A stretch of 64,000 bases of DNA, from NCBI GenBank assembly GCA_951406725.2, contig OX597814.1, positions 65,534,001 through 65,598,000 on the forward strand, in the 5' to 3' direction. Both the position numbers and the translations under genes were made by a program. This document shows positions 41,375-56,059 of the stretch, one piece after another. How positions within the stretch are numbered: position 1 is the first letter of the stretch; every line of letters starts with the position of its first letter. The DNA comes from Octopus vulgaris. Its lineage: Eukaryota. A model generated the notes under the pieces. That model saw only the letters and a list, made by a program, of their open reading frames with translations, was not told where the DNA came from and did no database searches.

Positions 41375-42025
41375 AGTTTGCATATACACAAGTAAGTATA
41401 CACACATGCACATACATACCCACATATACGAGTGAAGTGTACATGAAGTGCAGGTATATTCACTCACATATACATAAATACACATACACATGCATTTATA
41501 TACATAAAATAAGTAAAAGCTAAATAAAAGCCTAATAATAAAAAGAGAGAAACAGCAACAAAAAAGAAATCTATAAAAAAAACTACCATACACACAGGAC
41601 AAAGACATACAAAAGACTTGACATTTCACTGTATACATTGACAATGTGATATATTTTATGGCCTTCCTAATCATCCATCATACGACCATACAACTACTAA
41701 ACCACGAACGTTTTATGTCTACTTATATTATCGCTAAACAGCCAAGCTTCATAAGGTGTGGCAGCTTTGTATTTTTCTTCCTTTCTGAATGCATAAGATA
41801 CAATAAAAGTTTATAGAAATAAATAAAATACCTATTCTATATCTATTTATTTATTTGTGTATGTAGAAACGTGAATAAATAAATAGGGTTAAAAACGAAA
41901 AGAAAATGTTGGAGAGTAAATTTATCATGTTTATGTATAGACAGCAGCAGTAGTGGTAGTAGTAGTAGCAGTAGTAACACTAGTAGTAGTAGTAGCAGCA
42001 GCAGCAGCAGCAGCAGTGGTAGCAT

Positions 42026-42080
<55 letters not shown>

Positions 42081-42317
42081 CATTGTCTTTATAATGATGT
42101 TGATAGTTTCGTCATCGTAGTCACCACAAGCTAAACAAATAAATATACTTAGACGCTCATAGAAACACACATACACATACCTATATTTGCATGTGTATAT
42201 ACGCACTTGCATGTATATGAAAGCATGTCTATGAAGAGTAAGACAAAATATAGATATTTGTTGGATGCTTTTGCTGTTACTCATGCGCAAGCAGACAGAC
42301 ACACGCGTACACACACA

Positions 42318-42410
<93 letters not shown>

Positions 42411-43240
42411 TACATAAATCTCTCTATAAGGTGGTTAAAATGAAAATAAGCAACAGGATATCCAGAGGTAATGCAGTACCATCGTTTCAAGCGACTCCAT
42501 TTAATTGAACAATGCAATCATTACATCAATTTAAATGCAAAGCAATTCTCAGGTGCATAAATACATAGGCTACTAAGGCATCAGGGAAAAAACTTGTTAG
42601 AGATCTAGCTTCCTACTTTTCTTAATCCTGAAAGTTCAGCACCTTTTAATAGTGGAAATAATGATAGTTTGTGTAATAGAAGGACTACTAACTTACTTAG
42701 TTATGAAAAGATACCAAATGAAAAACCATCCTACAAACCTAACAATTTAAATAATAGTAGAATAAGCTTCAACAGGAGACGGGATACTAAATCGGGAATG
42801 AATCTTAGGTTAGATAGTAAAGGTAATGATGGGAAAGTATTGGTTACTCCTCCCTATATAGAAATGAAATGTTTTGGAAATATAAACGTAGCTATTAATC
42901 AAGGTATGATTCTAGAGAGCAGGAATGAGACAGGAAGATCCCACCTTTACTTACACCATAAATTTGACGGTAAGAACTTCGTCTGGTTCAATATCCCGTA
43001 CAAATGTACCTTATCCACAAACATATATATGAAATTTATGGCTATTTCAGAAAAAAACTTCCCTACTTCCTATAGATATAATAGAATATTTTTATGTAAG
43101 ACAGTTAGAATCTCGTATTACACTCTTCCCAAATATGGGTACCATCATAGCTAAATTAAATTATAAGAATATAAAATTAGCAAGAGTTGATAACAATAAC
43201 AACAATAATAATAATAATAATTAATTCTTTTATTATTATG

Positions 43241-43288
<48 letters not shown>

Positions 43289-43291
<3 letters not shown>

Positions 43292-43899
43292 CCACCCCCA
43301 GTGCTTGCAAATGACCACATCTCACTCCTCTGGAACTTCACCATTCAAACTGACAGGAAGATAGATGCAAATAGGCCAGACATCATATTGAAAGACTTCA
43401 AACAAAGAACATGCCTCCTCATTGATATGACTGTCCCAATCGATATAAACGTATCTGTCAAGACCTACCAAAAACTGAGCAAATATAAAGATCTTGAAAT
43501 AGAAATCAGCAAAATGTGGAAGCTGAAGACTAAAACAATACCTGTTGTCATAGGTACCCTGGGAATGATAGCAAAAGGGGCTGATAGCTACCTAACTCAG
43601 ATACCAGGAAACCCAAAAATGGCAGAAGTTCAAAAGATAGTGCTCATGGGAACTGCTCATATCCTACGAAAAATACTCTCTATGTAATCTCAAGGTTTAA
43701 AACAAACATAATTTTCGGTTTAAAAAAAAAAAAAAAAAAACTTTTTTTTTTTAGACATTCATTAGTACAACATCCCCACCCCCCAAATATATGGCACACT
43801 AGGCATAACAACAACATGAACTTCCAACCCTGTTGTCTCTTGAGGTCTCTGGGTGAGACTTGGAGCCAACTTGTACAAATATAAAGCAAAAGTCAAACA

Positions 43900-43900
<1 letters not shown>
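43289..43900 (+). mobile_element. 5'-truncated R4/Dong-clade non-LTR retrotransposon (restriction-like endonuclease C-terminus plus 3' UTR)
   Basis: Open frame LLWNFTIQTDRKIDANRPDII...LIDMTVP...K..KYKDLEIE...IPVVIGTLG...QKIVLMGTAHILRK (RPD..D motif). Flanked by (TAA)n on both sides. Confidence 0.9.
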
Positions 43901-43930
<30 letters not shown>

Positions 43931-44190
43931 TATAGTACTGTCAACTATAGTGTAACCCCCCAAAATGAGTATAGTAATAATAATGATGAAGTGGAAAATA
44001 GAAATGACAGTGGTAACACTACTATATAAACAATATAGATTGTTGTTCCGGGGCCTATACGAGCATAGAAATTATTGGTATACCTGTTGATGTAGAGACA
44101 GATTTAAATGATGCTACAATTGAGGGTGAGGTAGATAATAATAGACCTCATGTTAACATACTTGATAATAGAAATATTAATAGGGAAAAT

Positions 44191-44245
<55 letters not shown>

Positions 44246-44250
<5 letters not shown>

Positions 44251-44440
44251 AACACCAGGACTTACAAACACATATAACATACAGAAAATTGCACTACTAG
44301 GCACTGCACACATCCTACGCAGAACACTTTCCATACAATAACCATCAGAGCATCACAACAAATCACAGCACATACCCAAGGCACACAGAGCTGCGCTCGG
44401 TAGTGAAGTGAAAGCACGCTATAAAAATAAAACTACTGAA
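44246..44440 (+). mobile_element. Extreme 3' end of a second R4/Dong-like family
   Basis: KTPGLTNTYNIQKIALLGTAHILRRTLSIQ*, homologous to the end of 43289-43687 but with a different 3' UTR. (TAA)n on both sides. Confidence 0.8.
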
Positions 44441-46629
44441 TGATAATAATAATAATAATAATAATATGAATTTTAATAATACTAATATTGATAGTAGTAT
44501 TTCTCTTAGTTGCAATTGTCGAGTTAAATCCCACTGTCCGTTATTGGGCCGATGTCTTACCGAGAACGTAATTTATAAATGTACAATAATAACTACCACT
44601 AATAATTTTATATATATTTTGGCTGTTCGATTAATATGAAAAAAAAGCGTCTGTACAATCATATTTCCCCTTTTAAACTTAAGGCGAATTGCACGTCATT
44701 ATCTAGTAAAATTTGGGAACTGAAGGATAGTAGAATTGGGTTTAGCTTTAAATGAGAAATAATAAGAAAGGCGCAGCCTTGTAGAAATAGTAGATATAGG
44801 TGTGAGCTGTGCTCTATGGAAACATAAAAGTTTTTAAGCATAAAGATAAGCGCAACCTGATTAACAATAGATTAGACCTTAGGGTATCATGCGTACATAG
44901 TGTCACCCGTACTTTTAGATAGTTTTGAAAGTAGCACTTTATAGGTCTTGTGCTTGAACTGAATCTGATGCAAACTTAATTTTAATATTTCTAGTTTGGA
45001 AAATAAAGTACGTTGCATATATTATAATATAATAAAAGTGATATAGTATAGTTAGTGTGCTACACAGAGTTAGTATACTACCCAAATGAATTTTCCTACC
45101 TAGTAGGTCAGATTTCATTATGGTTTTAGTAATTAATCTATTTATCCCTTTCCTATAGTGTTCCACCCTCCTGATCTTAGTAGTTATTGAGGCCTTTATG
45201 TAAGTAGCCCTCCTAATTAAGTACCCCTAAGAAACTATATTATCACGTATGGATTAACACTAAAAACTTTTAAAACCTATATTATACCTTTTAGTTTATA
45301 ATTAATATATAGTTAGCATGTCCTATAACATCAAGATTCCTTTAGTTAATACCAGGTATTAGTCTTTATAGAAACAAACTAAATAAGTAAATAAATAATT
45401 TTAAATTTAAATATTTGAATTATTATACATTTTCTATTAATCTTCTCTATTGATGTTAATACTTCATCATGGTTCTAGTGTTTAAGCTATTTTATTCATT
45501 TTCTATGGTGCTCTACCCTACCTAGTCATTTTATTATTTTATAATAGCATTTATGAAATAAACCTAATTTTTGTACCCTTAGAAAGTCATACTTCCTGAT
45601 GCCTTAGTGGTTTCTAAGCTGATATGGAGACAGCATGATCTTTGTCTATCTCCTTACCTTCTTGGAGGTTTTAGATAAAATTATACGGTGTCCATCTGTT
45701 TTAATTTCATTTAATTCTATGTATTTACGCAGCTGAGGATTGCTCTACATTTAAATTGATGTAATAATTGCATTGTTCAATTAAATGGAGTCGCTTGAAA
45801 CGATGGTACTGCATTACCTCTGGATATCCTGCTGCTTATTTTAATTTTAAATCTCTCTATATAGATGGATGTGCATGTGTGTACGCATGTCAGTGATTGA
45901 ATATACGACCTACCAATAGACTTGTATATTTTTTTTCTTTCTTTGATTTCTGAACTATTTAGCATTCACTGTCATATCGTCTTCTGTCACTTACTGTCAA
46001 TAAGACATCTATCATAAATTGATATTTTATTCCCTTTTTCTATCTCCCTTGAATATATTCCGTCATTTCTATTTTTTCTTGTGTTCATTTCACAACATTC
46101 CAATTTCTTGAGTATGTATGTTTGTATGTATGTATGTATGTATGTATGTATGTATGTATGTATGTATGTATGTATGTATGTATGCATGCATGCATGCATG
46201 CATTTTTCTTTGGAATAATTCTGATGTGTTTTTCCATTGCAGAATACAAACCGGTCTCTTGCGGATTGTGATTACCAGAATAAGCAGATCTATGCTCTTG
46301 TGTGTGCATTGATATATGTTTTAGATTGATATTCGAGGTGATGCGTTCACCCAGAAACCTCAGACGGAGAATCCTTGAAATGTTTTACAGATCTTTACTC
46401 TTCTAGTAATCGATTTTATTTGTAAATCAGTGTGTCTGCCAGTTTTGGGAAAACCCGAGCACGTCTATATTTTTGTGCATGCAACACCCACATGTGTGTA
46501 TGTTTCAGCCCTTCTTTTTCTATATGCAATTTTTCCTGAGTGTCATCCTAATACATTCAGTGTGTCGTCCTTCCGACTTTTGTTGTTCTTCCTGTATATA
46601 TATATATATTATTTTATTCTTTTCTTTGT

Positions 46630-46809
46630 TACAGTCATCTCACTGCGGCCATGCTGGAGCACCGCCTTGTTGTCGAACAAATCGACCACCGGACTTATTC
46701 TTTGTAACTCTAGTACTTATTTCTTCAGTCTCTTTTGACGCTAAGTAAACACACCACCAACAGTTGTCACGCGATGGTGAGGGGTACAAAAACAGAAACA
46801 CAGACGTAT

Positions 46810-46810
<1 letters not shown>
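46630..46810 (-). mobile_element. SINE 3' segment (OK-like)
   Basis: gcggccatgctggagcaccgcc...cttattctttgtaa..ctagtacttat, the reverse complement of 5225-5465. Confidence 0.65.
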
Positions 46811-46858
<48 letters not shown>

Positions 46859-48706
46859 TATATATATATATATACGTAGGTGGTTGTGTGCGGGCGCACA
46901 TGTGTGATCGTGTGTATTTGTGCGTGTTTGGTGAAATGCCGAGTTCCGTGTGTCTATCTTCATCAAAGTAACTGGTGTTTAAATGTCCCAACTTATATTA
47001 TTCCCTATACTGTAGAATAATTGTACGAGTATTTCCACAATCTTTCTAAATCTATTATTTCTCCGTTGTATTTATAAATCCACCATGTGTTCCATTCTAT
47101 TCTTTGTACTTTTATATATCAAACACTTGTTACTCCAACGATTGCTGTATGTTGTGTGGATAAACGCGTAGCTTGCATCAAATAAAACAGCAGTTCATGA
47201 AGGAGACAGTCAACGAAACAGAGGTAACTCGTAAATTTCATTTGAATTTCATTCTTTGTCGCCTTCTTTCTCCTTTCTGTTAATCGACATAAATCTGTAC
47301 GCTATCTACCTGTTGAGTCGTTGTACACTCTCAAGGGTTGTATAACTTGTTTGATGAACTAAAGTTTCACTGCTTACGTTCATGTGGGGCAACCTATTCG
47401 TGTATGAGTGTGTAATGATATGTGTATTGTATGATAAATTCTCGAAATGCTTTACATTTCTGGTTTTTTGAAACCCATCTTCTTAAGATTGGTACTCAGG
47501 CAGTTTGTTGCGTATCCATGGGCTCATTTTATGTAACAGAATATATTTATTTAGTTATGTAAGGCTGATTATTCGCCGAAATTCTGCTCGAAATTTCATG
47601 CTAGAGTGCATTCTTTCATGTTTTGAAGTGCATGAAGAGATGTTAATTAAAACTGTAGATTAATCACCCAAGTCAGCGCTGAATAAATCTTGAGGCAATT
47701 TCTTTGCCTATCTTCTATTTTTTTGTTTTGATGAACAAGAGAAGAGCACTCTGATTACAGCTCTACATTTCTAGCCTATTGGAATGTGAAATATATTTAA
47801 CAATATATTTGATCTGAGCTTCAGTAGATAAGAAATTTCGAATTGAGGTTCTTGAGATAATATATAAAGTTTCACTATAGAAACAATGTTACACAAGAAG
47901 GAATAGGTGACTTTGACATAGGTTCAGCTCAGGGATGTTAACAGTTTGAGTGTCAGGAAAGGGTTCATCTAATAATAATAGAAAGATTCATGATATGACG
48001 GTTTTTACATTTATGCAACCGTTTAATACGTGTTGGCCAAACACACAGCATGAATGTAAAAATGAACAGAGAACATTTTTGTTATTTTGCGATACATATT
48101 TCTTTGTTACACGTAAATATCGTTATAGAGACCACAGTTTGTACCAGTGGAGGAATTATATATATTGTATTTATGTATTGTTAATCAAGTCATGAACAAG
48201 AAGTTTATGTATTATGTCAAGAACCACGACCACTGAACAGATGGGATAAAATTTTCAGCCAGTGCAAACACAGGGCAACATTTTCGTTAAGTATATTTCG
48301 TAAACATGCATACAAAATGCTCCTATCAAAAATATTTCTTTACTATCGGAAACAAACTAGACGATAGTGAATAACCCATAAGGCATACTGTGTGTCAAAA
48401 AATGGAGACGGGGTATTGAAGTTCAGGTCATTCTGTTTACAGAAATTCAAGATCCGGAGACTATTGACAGCCTTCATCCTCCAATTCATTTACTTTGACA
48501 CTGTTAGCCGAAGTGCACTCTGGTGTGAAACATGTGTTGGTGTGCAATGAACAATCGGCTTTACAAGAAAATACATGCGCATTGATGGACACAGGGACGG
48601 ACACACACACAGACACATACGCACACACGCGCACACACACGCACATACACATTTATATATATGTATGTATACGTAGATATGCAAACACAAACATAAATAG
48701 ATAACA

Positions 48707-48768
<62 letters not shown>

Positions 48769-51700
48769 ATATACATACATATATGTTTGCTTAAAATTAT
48801 TTATTACATGTATACACATACAAACGCATGCATATGCATAAAGACACGTACATTCATATACATATGAATACATATATATGCACATAATGCATACATGCAA
48901 ACACACCTACACGTGCGAGTTTCTTGTTAATAAGCATAATGCTGCTTATTACGAACATCTAGCATATATATGTGTGTTTAGTGTGTGTGTGTGAGGGTGT
49001 ATACATGCATGTGTGTGCCTTCGCGAGCGCACGCGCGCTTTGGTTTTTATCTACGTAAGCATCTATATATGCATAATAAAGTGTAAAATATGAAAATATG
49101 TCACAGCATGCAGGAATATGAAGCGCTGAATATACATGTACTTGCTATTTTGTATTTTAATTATGTATTTGATAAATTTCTATTGTGTTTCTCAGAAGGC
49201 TTCCTTGTTGCCGTCGCCTGATAATTATACCCACTCATTGAAAAGTCTCAAACACCTGAGCATAGCGTCTCCGAACAAAAATAACGCAGAAAGTAGGAAG
49301 TTTTGAATTGAACCTTCCTATCACAGCACTATTGTTCATGTCAGTTTTAACGTGTGACGATGACCATGCATTTGAATATGTGTATGACTGTCTGCATGTA
49401 TAGTCTTACATACATACATAGATACACACAAATACAAGTACACATATACACACGTATATAAATATGTATATGTATATTTATCTATCTGTTTGTCAGTCTG
49501 TATGTATATACACTCATGCATACTTGCATACAGGCCCGCTCTGTGTGATTCTATTTTCTTGCATGTTTGTTAAATGAGTACCATGCGATTAGAAATGCTC
49601 TATTACCATATGTGCGGATGCATTAAAGTGAATAAATGTATAAATATATTATGTTTTATTGACAAGAATTAACGAGTATCTCCTCGAACAAAACGAGGCT
49701 GTGTTTTCCAAAATGGAGGCGAACACTTTTCTCCATGTGAATGGCTTACAAAATTTTTATGACACTGGGATATTTTCCTACTTTCCTGAACATGAAACCA
49801 ATGGTAGCCTTAATTCACAAACAAAGAAAGTATATCCTCCATAGAATTCTACCGAAACAGCCACTTGCTTTCTTTATATATATATATATGTCTGCATGTG
49901 TGCGGATCTATATGTTCGTAGACAAATATTGAATGGTACTTATTCATAAACATCTGTATATATATAATTTAAATTCTAACTTTCTCGACCATTCTTGCTG
50001 AAAACAGGTCATTGAGCTAATCATAATTACATTTCAACATGAGTGTGATGGTAATTAAATAATATTGTTCGTATTCTATATTATTATTCTATACGTATAT
50101 ATTATTATTCTATACTATATTATTCTATACGTATATTATTTTATACGTATATTATACTACCATATAATGCAGAGTGTGGCTTTGGATATTTTTCTTAGAA
50201 CATATGAGTTGTCTTCCGTCACATCTGAAAATTCAGATATGCTGTGTGATGGACGATATTATCCATTCCTTATTTAATTTAGTTTGTTTTTATATGAGGG
50301 AGATTTGGCTAACTGGCAGTCTTCAGGAGGTAAAGGAGTTAAAGGCTACACCAGTGGCCCAAAGATTTTCAGACAAACTAAGGTAGTGTCAATAATTTTA
50401 GCATACCAGCGTGATATAGAAACACGAGTTAAGACAAATCCGTCGAGAACACATTACTCACAAATATTCTTGAAAGCATGTTGACCGAAAGATATGCTCG
50501 AAGAAAGACAGATTTGTCGATAGACAAACTAATGGAAAACATTCGAATCATGTGTTAAAAAGTTTACAAGTTGTTTATTTATAAATTAAAATTAATGCCG
50601 GGTTTAGGAAGTTATTTGCGTTAACCAAAATAAAATAAACATTTAGATTACAAACTCGCCACTGTTTTCACAAAATTATACTGGATGTTTGACTCAGCTG
50701 CTAAATTCTTTCTGAAGTAATTCTTTTAATTGATTGCTTGATCATGTACCTATGATATAAAAAAAGTTTCTATGGCCAGAATACGTAGCGTAGTGTTCAA
50801 TAAGTTGAACATGCAACAAGGCTGTCTGCGGCATTGAGTTACATCCTTTTACTTTCTGTGATCAAATGTTGCCGTGGTTATCTCTGCTTGATTTGCTTTA
50901 TAGGCTGGTAACAGATGTACCAATCACATTATTCGATATGACTATAAGGCAAGATTACCCATCAATCTTAGAATTGATTGCAATTATTATTGTATAGTTG
51001 GAGCTATAAATGTTTATTACATACATACATGGTACTTATTCTACCAGTCTCTTTTGCCGAACTGCTAAGATACAGGGGCGTAGTACACCAGTCTTGGTTG
51101 TCAAGTGGTCGTGGGGCAAAAGTAGAGACTTATATTTAAAATAAATATAAACAGCTAGGTGCAACATAATACCATAAAGATATTTTTTTAATTTTAATTC
51201 TAAATATATGCATTTTCATTTCGCTAAATCAGCCATAAATTTCTATAAAAATGGCAGTAGCTACATAACTTATAATCTGTCTTCCATGACCGAAGTGAAG
51301 CTGAGTCGTTGAGCAGACACATGAACAGTGTGCGAGTGGCGAAAAAAAAAAAAACCTAAAACATACTTGGATTCGTATCATGCATTAATATAGATCGCGG
51401 CTCGACCACGACCTGAACTAATGAAGACATTGAACAAGTACAGACGATATGTACCTACTTGTCAGTTTTGTACTGTAACAAATTTGCTAAAAACATGAAA
51501 TAATTAATTTAAGAGAAAGAAAGCGAAGTGGATAGGTTTAAAGTTATAACAAAGAAAGCTGCACCGTAGTGACGAGAAGTAGACCATGACGTGATGCACG
51601 TGCACTATAGATTTTCCTTTCAGTAAATTACACTACAAGAGTATTGTGGATAACACTGTGTAACACGATTTTTGTCCTTGGATACTAACTGTTATTTCCT

Positions 51701-51772
51701 ATTTGCTTATCCGGAGAAAATATGAAAGATGGCTAACATTTCCTTCAATCTTTGCTTTTATTATTTTCTTTA

Positions 51773-52030
51773 AACCCAAAAGAATCCCTCTCAACACACG
51801 GCTATGATGCTCTTCCACCACCTCTGCTCATGATCAGACATGCACTTATCGTCAGGTACTAAGGAACATGCTCAACTGTTTAAGTTACTGACGAGCAAAT
51901 CTTTGGTATTGAGCAGAATATTTGCTGTAGTCCACCTTTTACACGAAGATAAAATATGTGCATGATAAAACTTCTAATCAGAAACCATGAGAGCAACAGA
52001 TAACCCTTCTGATCAGAAACCATGAGAGCA
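51773..52030 (-). mobile_element. Degenerate partial copy of the 61749-62303 element
   Basis: aagaatccctctcaacaca.ggctatgatgctc...atcgtcag..actaagg.acatgctcaactg...ggtattgagcagaatatttgctgtag is the reverse complement of ~61775-62015. Confidence 0.75.
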
Positions 52031-53015
52031 ATTGTCTGAAACTGCATTTGGACATCGAGGTATTGAGCAGAATATTTACTATAACGATATTTCTGTTTCA
52101 ACAACGCAGTACTGAATCTGTCAGTGATATAATAGAAAATAGATCAGTTTCAAATCATTATTGTCCAAGTGACAAAAGCAAAGTTTGAAGGGAATAGTAG
52201 TAATTTGCTTTGATTTCTAGATAGAGGCAAATAAGAAATAACAATGGGAAAAAACAGAAAATTAATAGAAAAGAACAATATTGGTAGACATTGTAATCAA
52301 TGATTCTATGCCAAATAATTAATAACAGGTTGATAATTTAGTTTAAAAGAATCTTTAAATTCTAATCGTCTTTCATTCTCTTATTGTTTTATGGTTTTTC
52401 TGTTAAATGTTATAAGGTTATGTCCATAGCTACATTGTACAGTCTCCATGCCTAAGCAGGCCAAGAAACAGGGCAAAGCTAACACAAATGAAAACAACCC
52501 AAGTAAAAACTATAACATTTCAGAAGAATCCAAACATAGCGGGATTTTTTCATGTGATGTTAATAACAACCACGGTTATGATACACCACGGCGTCTACAA
52601 CTCTTCATTTTCCCGTCTACAATCTGTTTCACTGTCAAGTGCGAATAGCGCGTCATCCAATACAATAATTATCTCACGTACAGTGTGTAAGTAAGTATGT
52701 ATGTATGTATGTATGTATGTATGTATGTATGTATGTATGTATGTATGTATGTATGTATGTATGTATGCGTATGCATGTATGTATGTGTGTATGTAGGTAG
52801 ATAGGTAGGTAGGGAGGTACGTATGTATGTAAGTACGTAGGTAAGTGTACATGTATATATACAAACGAATATATATATATATGTTTGTGTATGTGTATAT
52901 GCATTATAAAAGATATATATGTGTGAGCATATGTAACTATTTATATATGTATACGTACATATACATATGTATATGTGTGTGTGAGTGTGTGTATATATAT
53001 ATATATGCATATGCA

Positions 53016-53056
<41 letters not shown>

Positions 53057-53134
53057 CACAAACATACTTACACACACACGTACAAACACACACACATACA
53101 CACACACACGCACAAACACACACACATACACACA

Positions 53135-53191
<57 letters not shown>

Positions 53192-53219
53192 GCATACACA
53201 TACACGCACACACACACAC

Positions 53220-53257
<38 letters not shown>

Positions 53258-53588
53258 GAGTACACACACAACATGCTTACACGCACACAGACATAAAATG
53301 AAGAATGACCCAAAATCTCGAGAATAAATTTATGAGTGCAGGACGACTGACTGTTGCTGGCACATTAACTGCTCTAGAATAACAAACAATATGATAAGTT
53401 TTGACTCTGTTTGTCTATGTAGATATAAATGTACGTTGTAGCATATATGTAAGTGTGGGTAGGGGATGTGTGTGTCTATGTGTATCTCTGGGTGTATGTG
53501 TGTATATGCAATGTTTATACAAGGGTGTGTCTACATGCCTTTATTTATACATACGCGTATATATACACACACAAACACACATACGCAC

Positions 53589-53642
<54 letters not shown>

Positions 53643-54223
53643 CCTACACATAAACTAGTGAATCTATTAATATTTTCGCACAAGTAATTATACAAGTGTG
53701 TATGTTCGTGTGTGTACGTAAAGTAAAACCACACATATATACACATTATCATTGGCATCGATTAAATTTATAAAAATATGCATATGGAGATGTATTCACA
53801 TAAACGCTTTGTAACTAAGATATTGTTTTTATATATTTTTCAACAAACATATTCAATAAATATTTTTGTGTGTATGCGTGTTTGTCATAGGAAAATGAAA
53901 TATCAGACGTTCTAAGAAAGCTTTCATTCGAATGACCTTTTGTTCCACTTCATTCAGAAGAAATATCTTCGCAATTGTTCCACAATACAGGCATTATAAT
54001 AAACATGAGTTAGATGCAATATATTCCTAATATATGAGTGTAGAGAGCACTTTTATGATTTTGTACTACAAAATAAACAGGAACTATATTTATGACTGTG
54101 CATTCACCGAGTTACCAAAAGACACAGGATACACGTACACGCATTAACAGACACTCATGCATGCACACATACATACGTACGTACATTCGTACATTACATG
54201 CACGTACTTATACGTGTATATAA

Positions 54224-54265
<42 letters not shown>

Positions 54266-56059
54266 CAAGAGGAGGCTGCTCAATGGGCGAATCTTCCTGG
54301 GAAAATCAAGAATCATATTCAAGAGTCATCTGTGATGTTTTGTTACTTACTATTAACGTGTCAAATATGAAAGTTGGATGAAGCGAAGATGACTTATTGG
54401 GTTGGCCGGCGTGCATTTCACTGATACTTTCTCTTTCTTAAGTAAATCTGTATTCTGTACCGCGTAATACTTGTTATTTATAGATTATAGGAGTCATATA
54501 TGTGCTTATTTATTATTCTTGTTTTGGTTGGCTGGTCGGTAAGTCGGATGCTTACTTTATTATATGTTTTTTCTTGTTTTCATTTTCTTTGTGAATTCTC
54601 ATTCGAAATATCCCTCACTCTAGCCTACGTCTATTACTTTATACCCATACACATGTCCCAATATTTATGATACATTTATATAAAATACTTATACACAGTG
54701 CATACATACGTAAATATATACATCATGTATATATACATACATTCTCCATTTAAGATGCCTTAAATGAATATAAGCATACATTCGATGCGTGCATCTACAA
54801 AGGCACATATCTAAAAAGCAATCATCTACACGCGGGCGAGCACACCCAGATAAACACCTAAATACTAAATACACATATTCACACAACATAAATACAGGTA
54901 CACACACGTAAAAATACACACTCAACCACTTATTTAAAAACCTCGATAACCGGCAACGACTAAAATAAAACTCAAAGTATGCCGTAAGCTCTCATCAGTC
55001 CCAATAAAGGGTGAAAATCGATTAATAGTAGTCATTATTTTGGCAGTGTCCCAGCATGGCCACAGCCTCTGGTTCAAATCGCTACTGGATAAATAGAATT
55101 TTTTTTAAAATATCAAAAAAAACAAAACATATCTACATTTGTGTGTCACTAGGTAAGAATGTGTGTGCTTTGGATCCGGAACTGCATTGTTGGATTCTTA
55201 GAGGCACAGTCCTGATATATAACGTGACATTTTAAAACCCGGTAGAGTTCATCTATTTCCAGCTTTGAAAACAACCGACTTCACGGAGAGTGAGAGGCTG
55301 ACTGGCTGATATGCACTCCCACACCTTATACGTCTTACTTTCCAGCTTTACTCGGTTCATCTTCATAGCATTTATGAGTATGGTGAAATCCTAGCTTTCT
55401 ACATAATTCTCAGTGAATTATTCTTTCTAGGTTGTCATGTCTTTATTGTATTGTTTCTGTATTACTTCATTCACTAAATACATGAGTAATACGTATTTCT
55501 TTTGATTTAAATAACCTACATTGTTAATGTCTATTTTGGCTTTTATCGAGTTAGTCCTCAATGCCTAATTATGTGCTGCTGCAAACAAACATTCTATTTC
55601 CCTTCTCAGCCTTCCTTTCTGCACTACAGCCACAGTTACTACGATTTCGGCAACTATCTTTGGCAATGCAGAACATTCTCTTGCCAATCAGATAATCTTT
55701 CTTCTTTTTATCTAGTTTTTACCAACATTTAGCTTTTTTCCCTATCTCTGTTACATTAGCAGCTCTTAATAAACGTATGTGGTACGCTTGGTTGGGTCCT
55801 TTTGAATGAAAAGAATTCCTCTTTTTACCATTCATTCTGGTACAATTCCATACTGTACAAAGCCTTACATAAGTTTTTGTAGCTTAGGATGCAAATTCGT
55901 TAATACTTTGAACAGAAAACCCTGAACTAGGTCCGGATCAGCTGCTTTCGAAACTTCGTCTTGCAAAATCTGGTTTGAATATCTTCCAACGTCATGATAA
56001 TGTCCACTGGTATTTCTATGTCATTAGAATCTTCTGTTGTATGGAACCAGGGTGCTCTT

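Larger units (their letters stand above)
42436..45850 (+). mobile_element. Penelope-like element remnant (Naiad/Nematis-like) with inverted terminal copy and nested insertions
   Basis: ORF 42669-43154 has KNFVWFNIPY..TLSTNI..KF...EKNFP....NRIF...TVRISY (post-RT region). From 44511: CNCRVKSHCPLLGRCLTENVIYKC...KRLYNH...LSSKIWELK...RCELC...LINNR....SCVH (GIY-YIG region). 42436-42568 is an inverted copy of 45717-45850, and the left flank is (TA)n. Confidence 0.8.

Noticed and set aside
44511-44920. Selenocysteine recoding, reported for some Naiad Penelope-like elements
   Set aside because: The conserved Cys positions (CNC, CPL, RC.LC, CVH) use TGT/TGC, not TGA. I recognised no SECIS.
45775-45815. 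Hammerhead in the terminal repeat of the Naiad-like element (ggagtcgcttgaaacgatggta)
   Set aside because: GAAAC...GUA is present, but both inverted copies lack CUGANGA, so I cannot support a ribozyme.
46245-46300. Minus-strand peptide AYSGNHNPQETGL resembling Lhx2/9 NHNP...KTGL
   Set aside because: It lacks DAKDLKQL and KRMRTSFK and has no suitable donor site. Most likely coincidence, so not called as the upstream homeobox exon.
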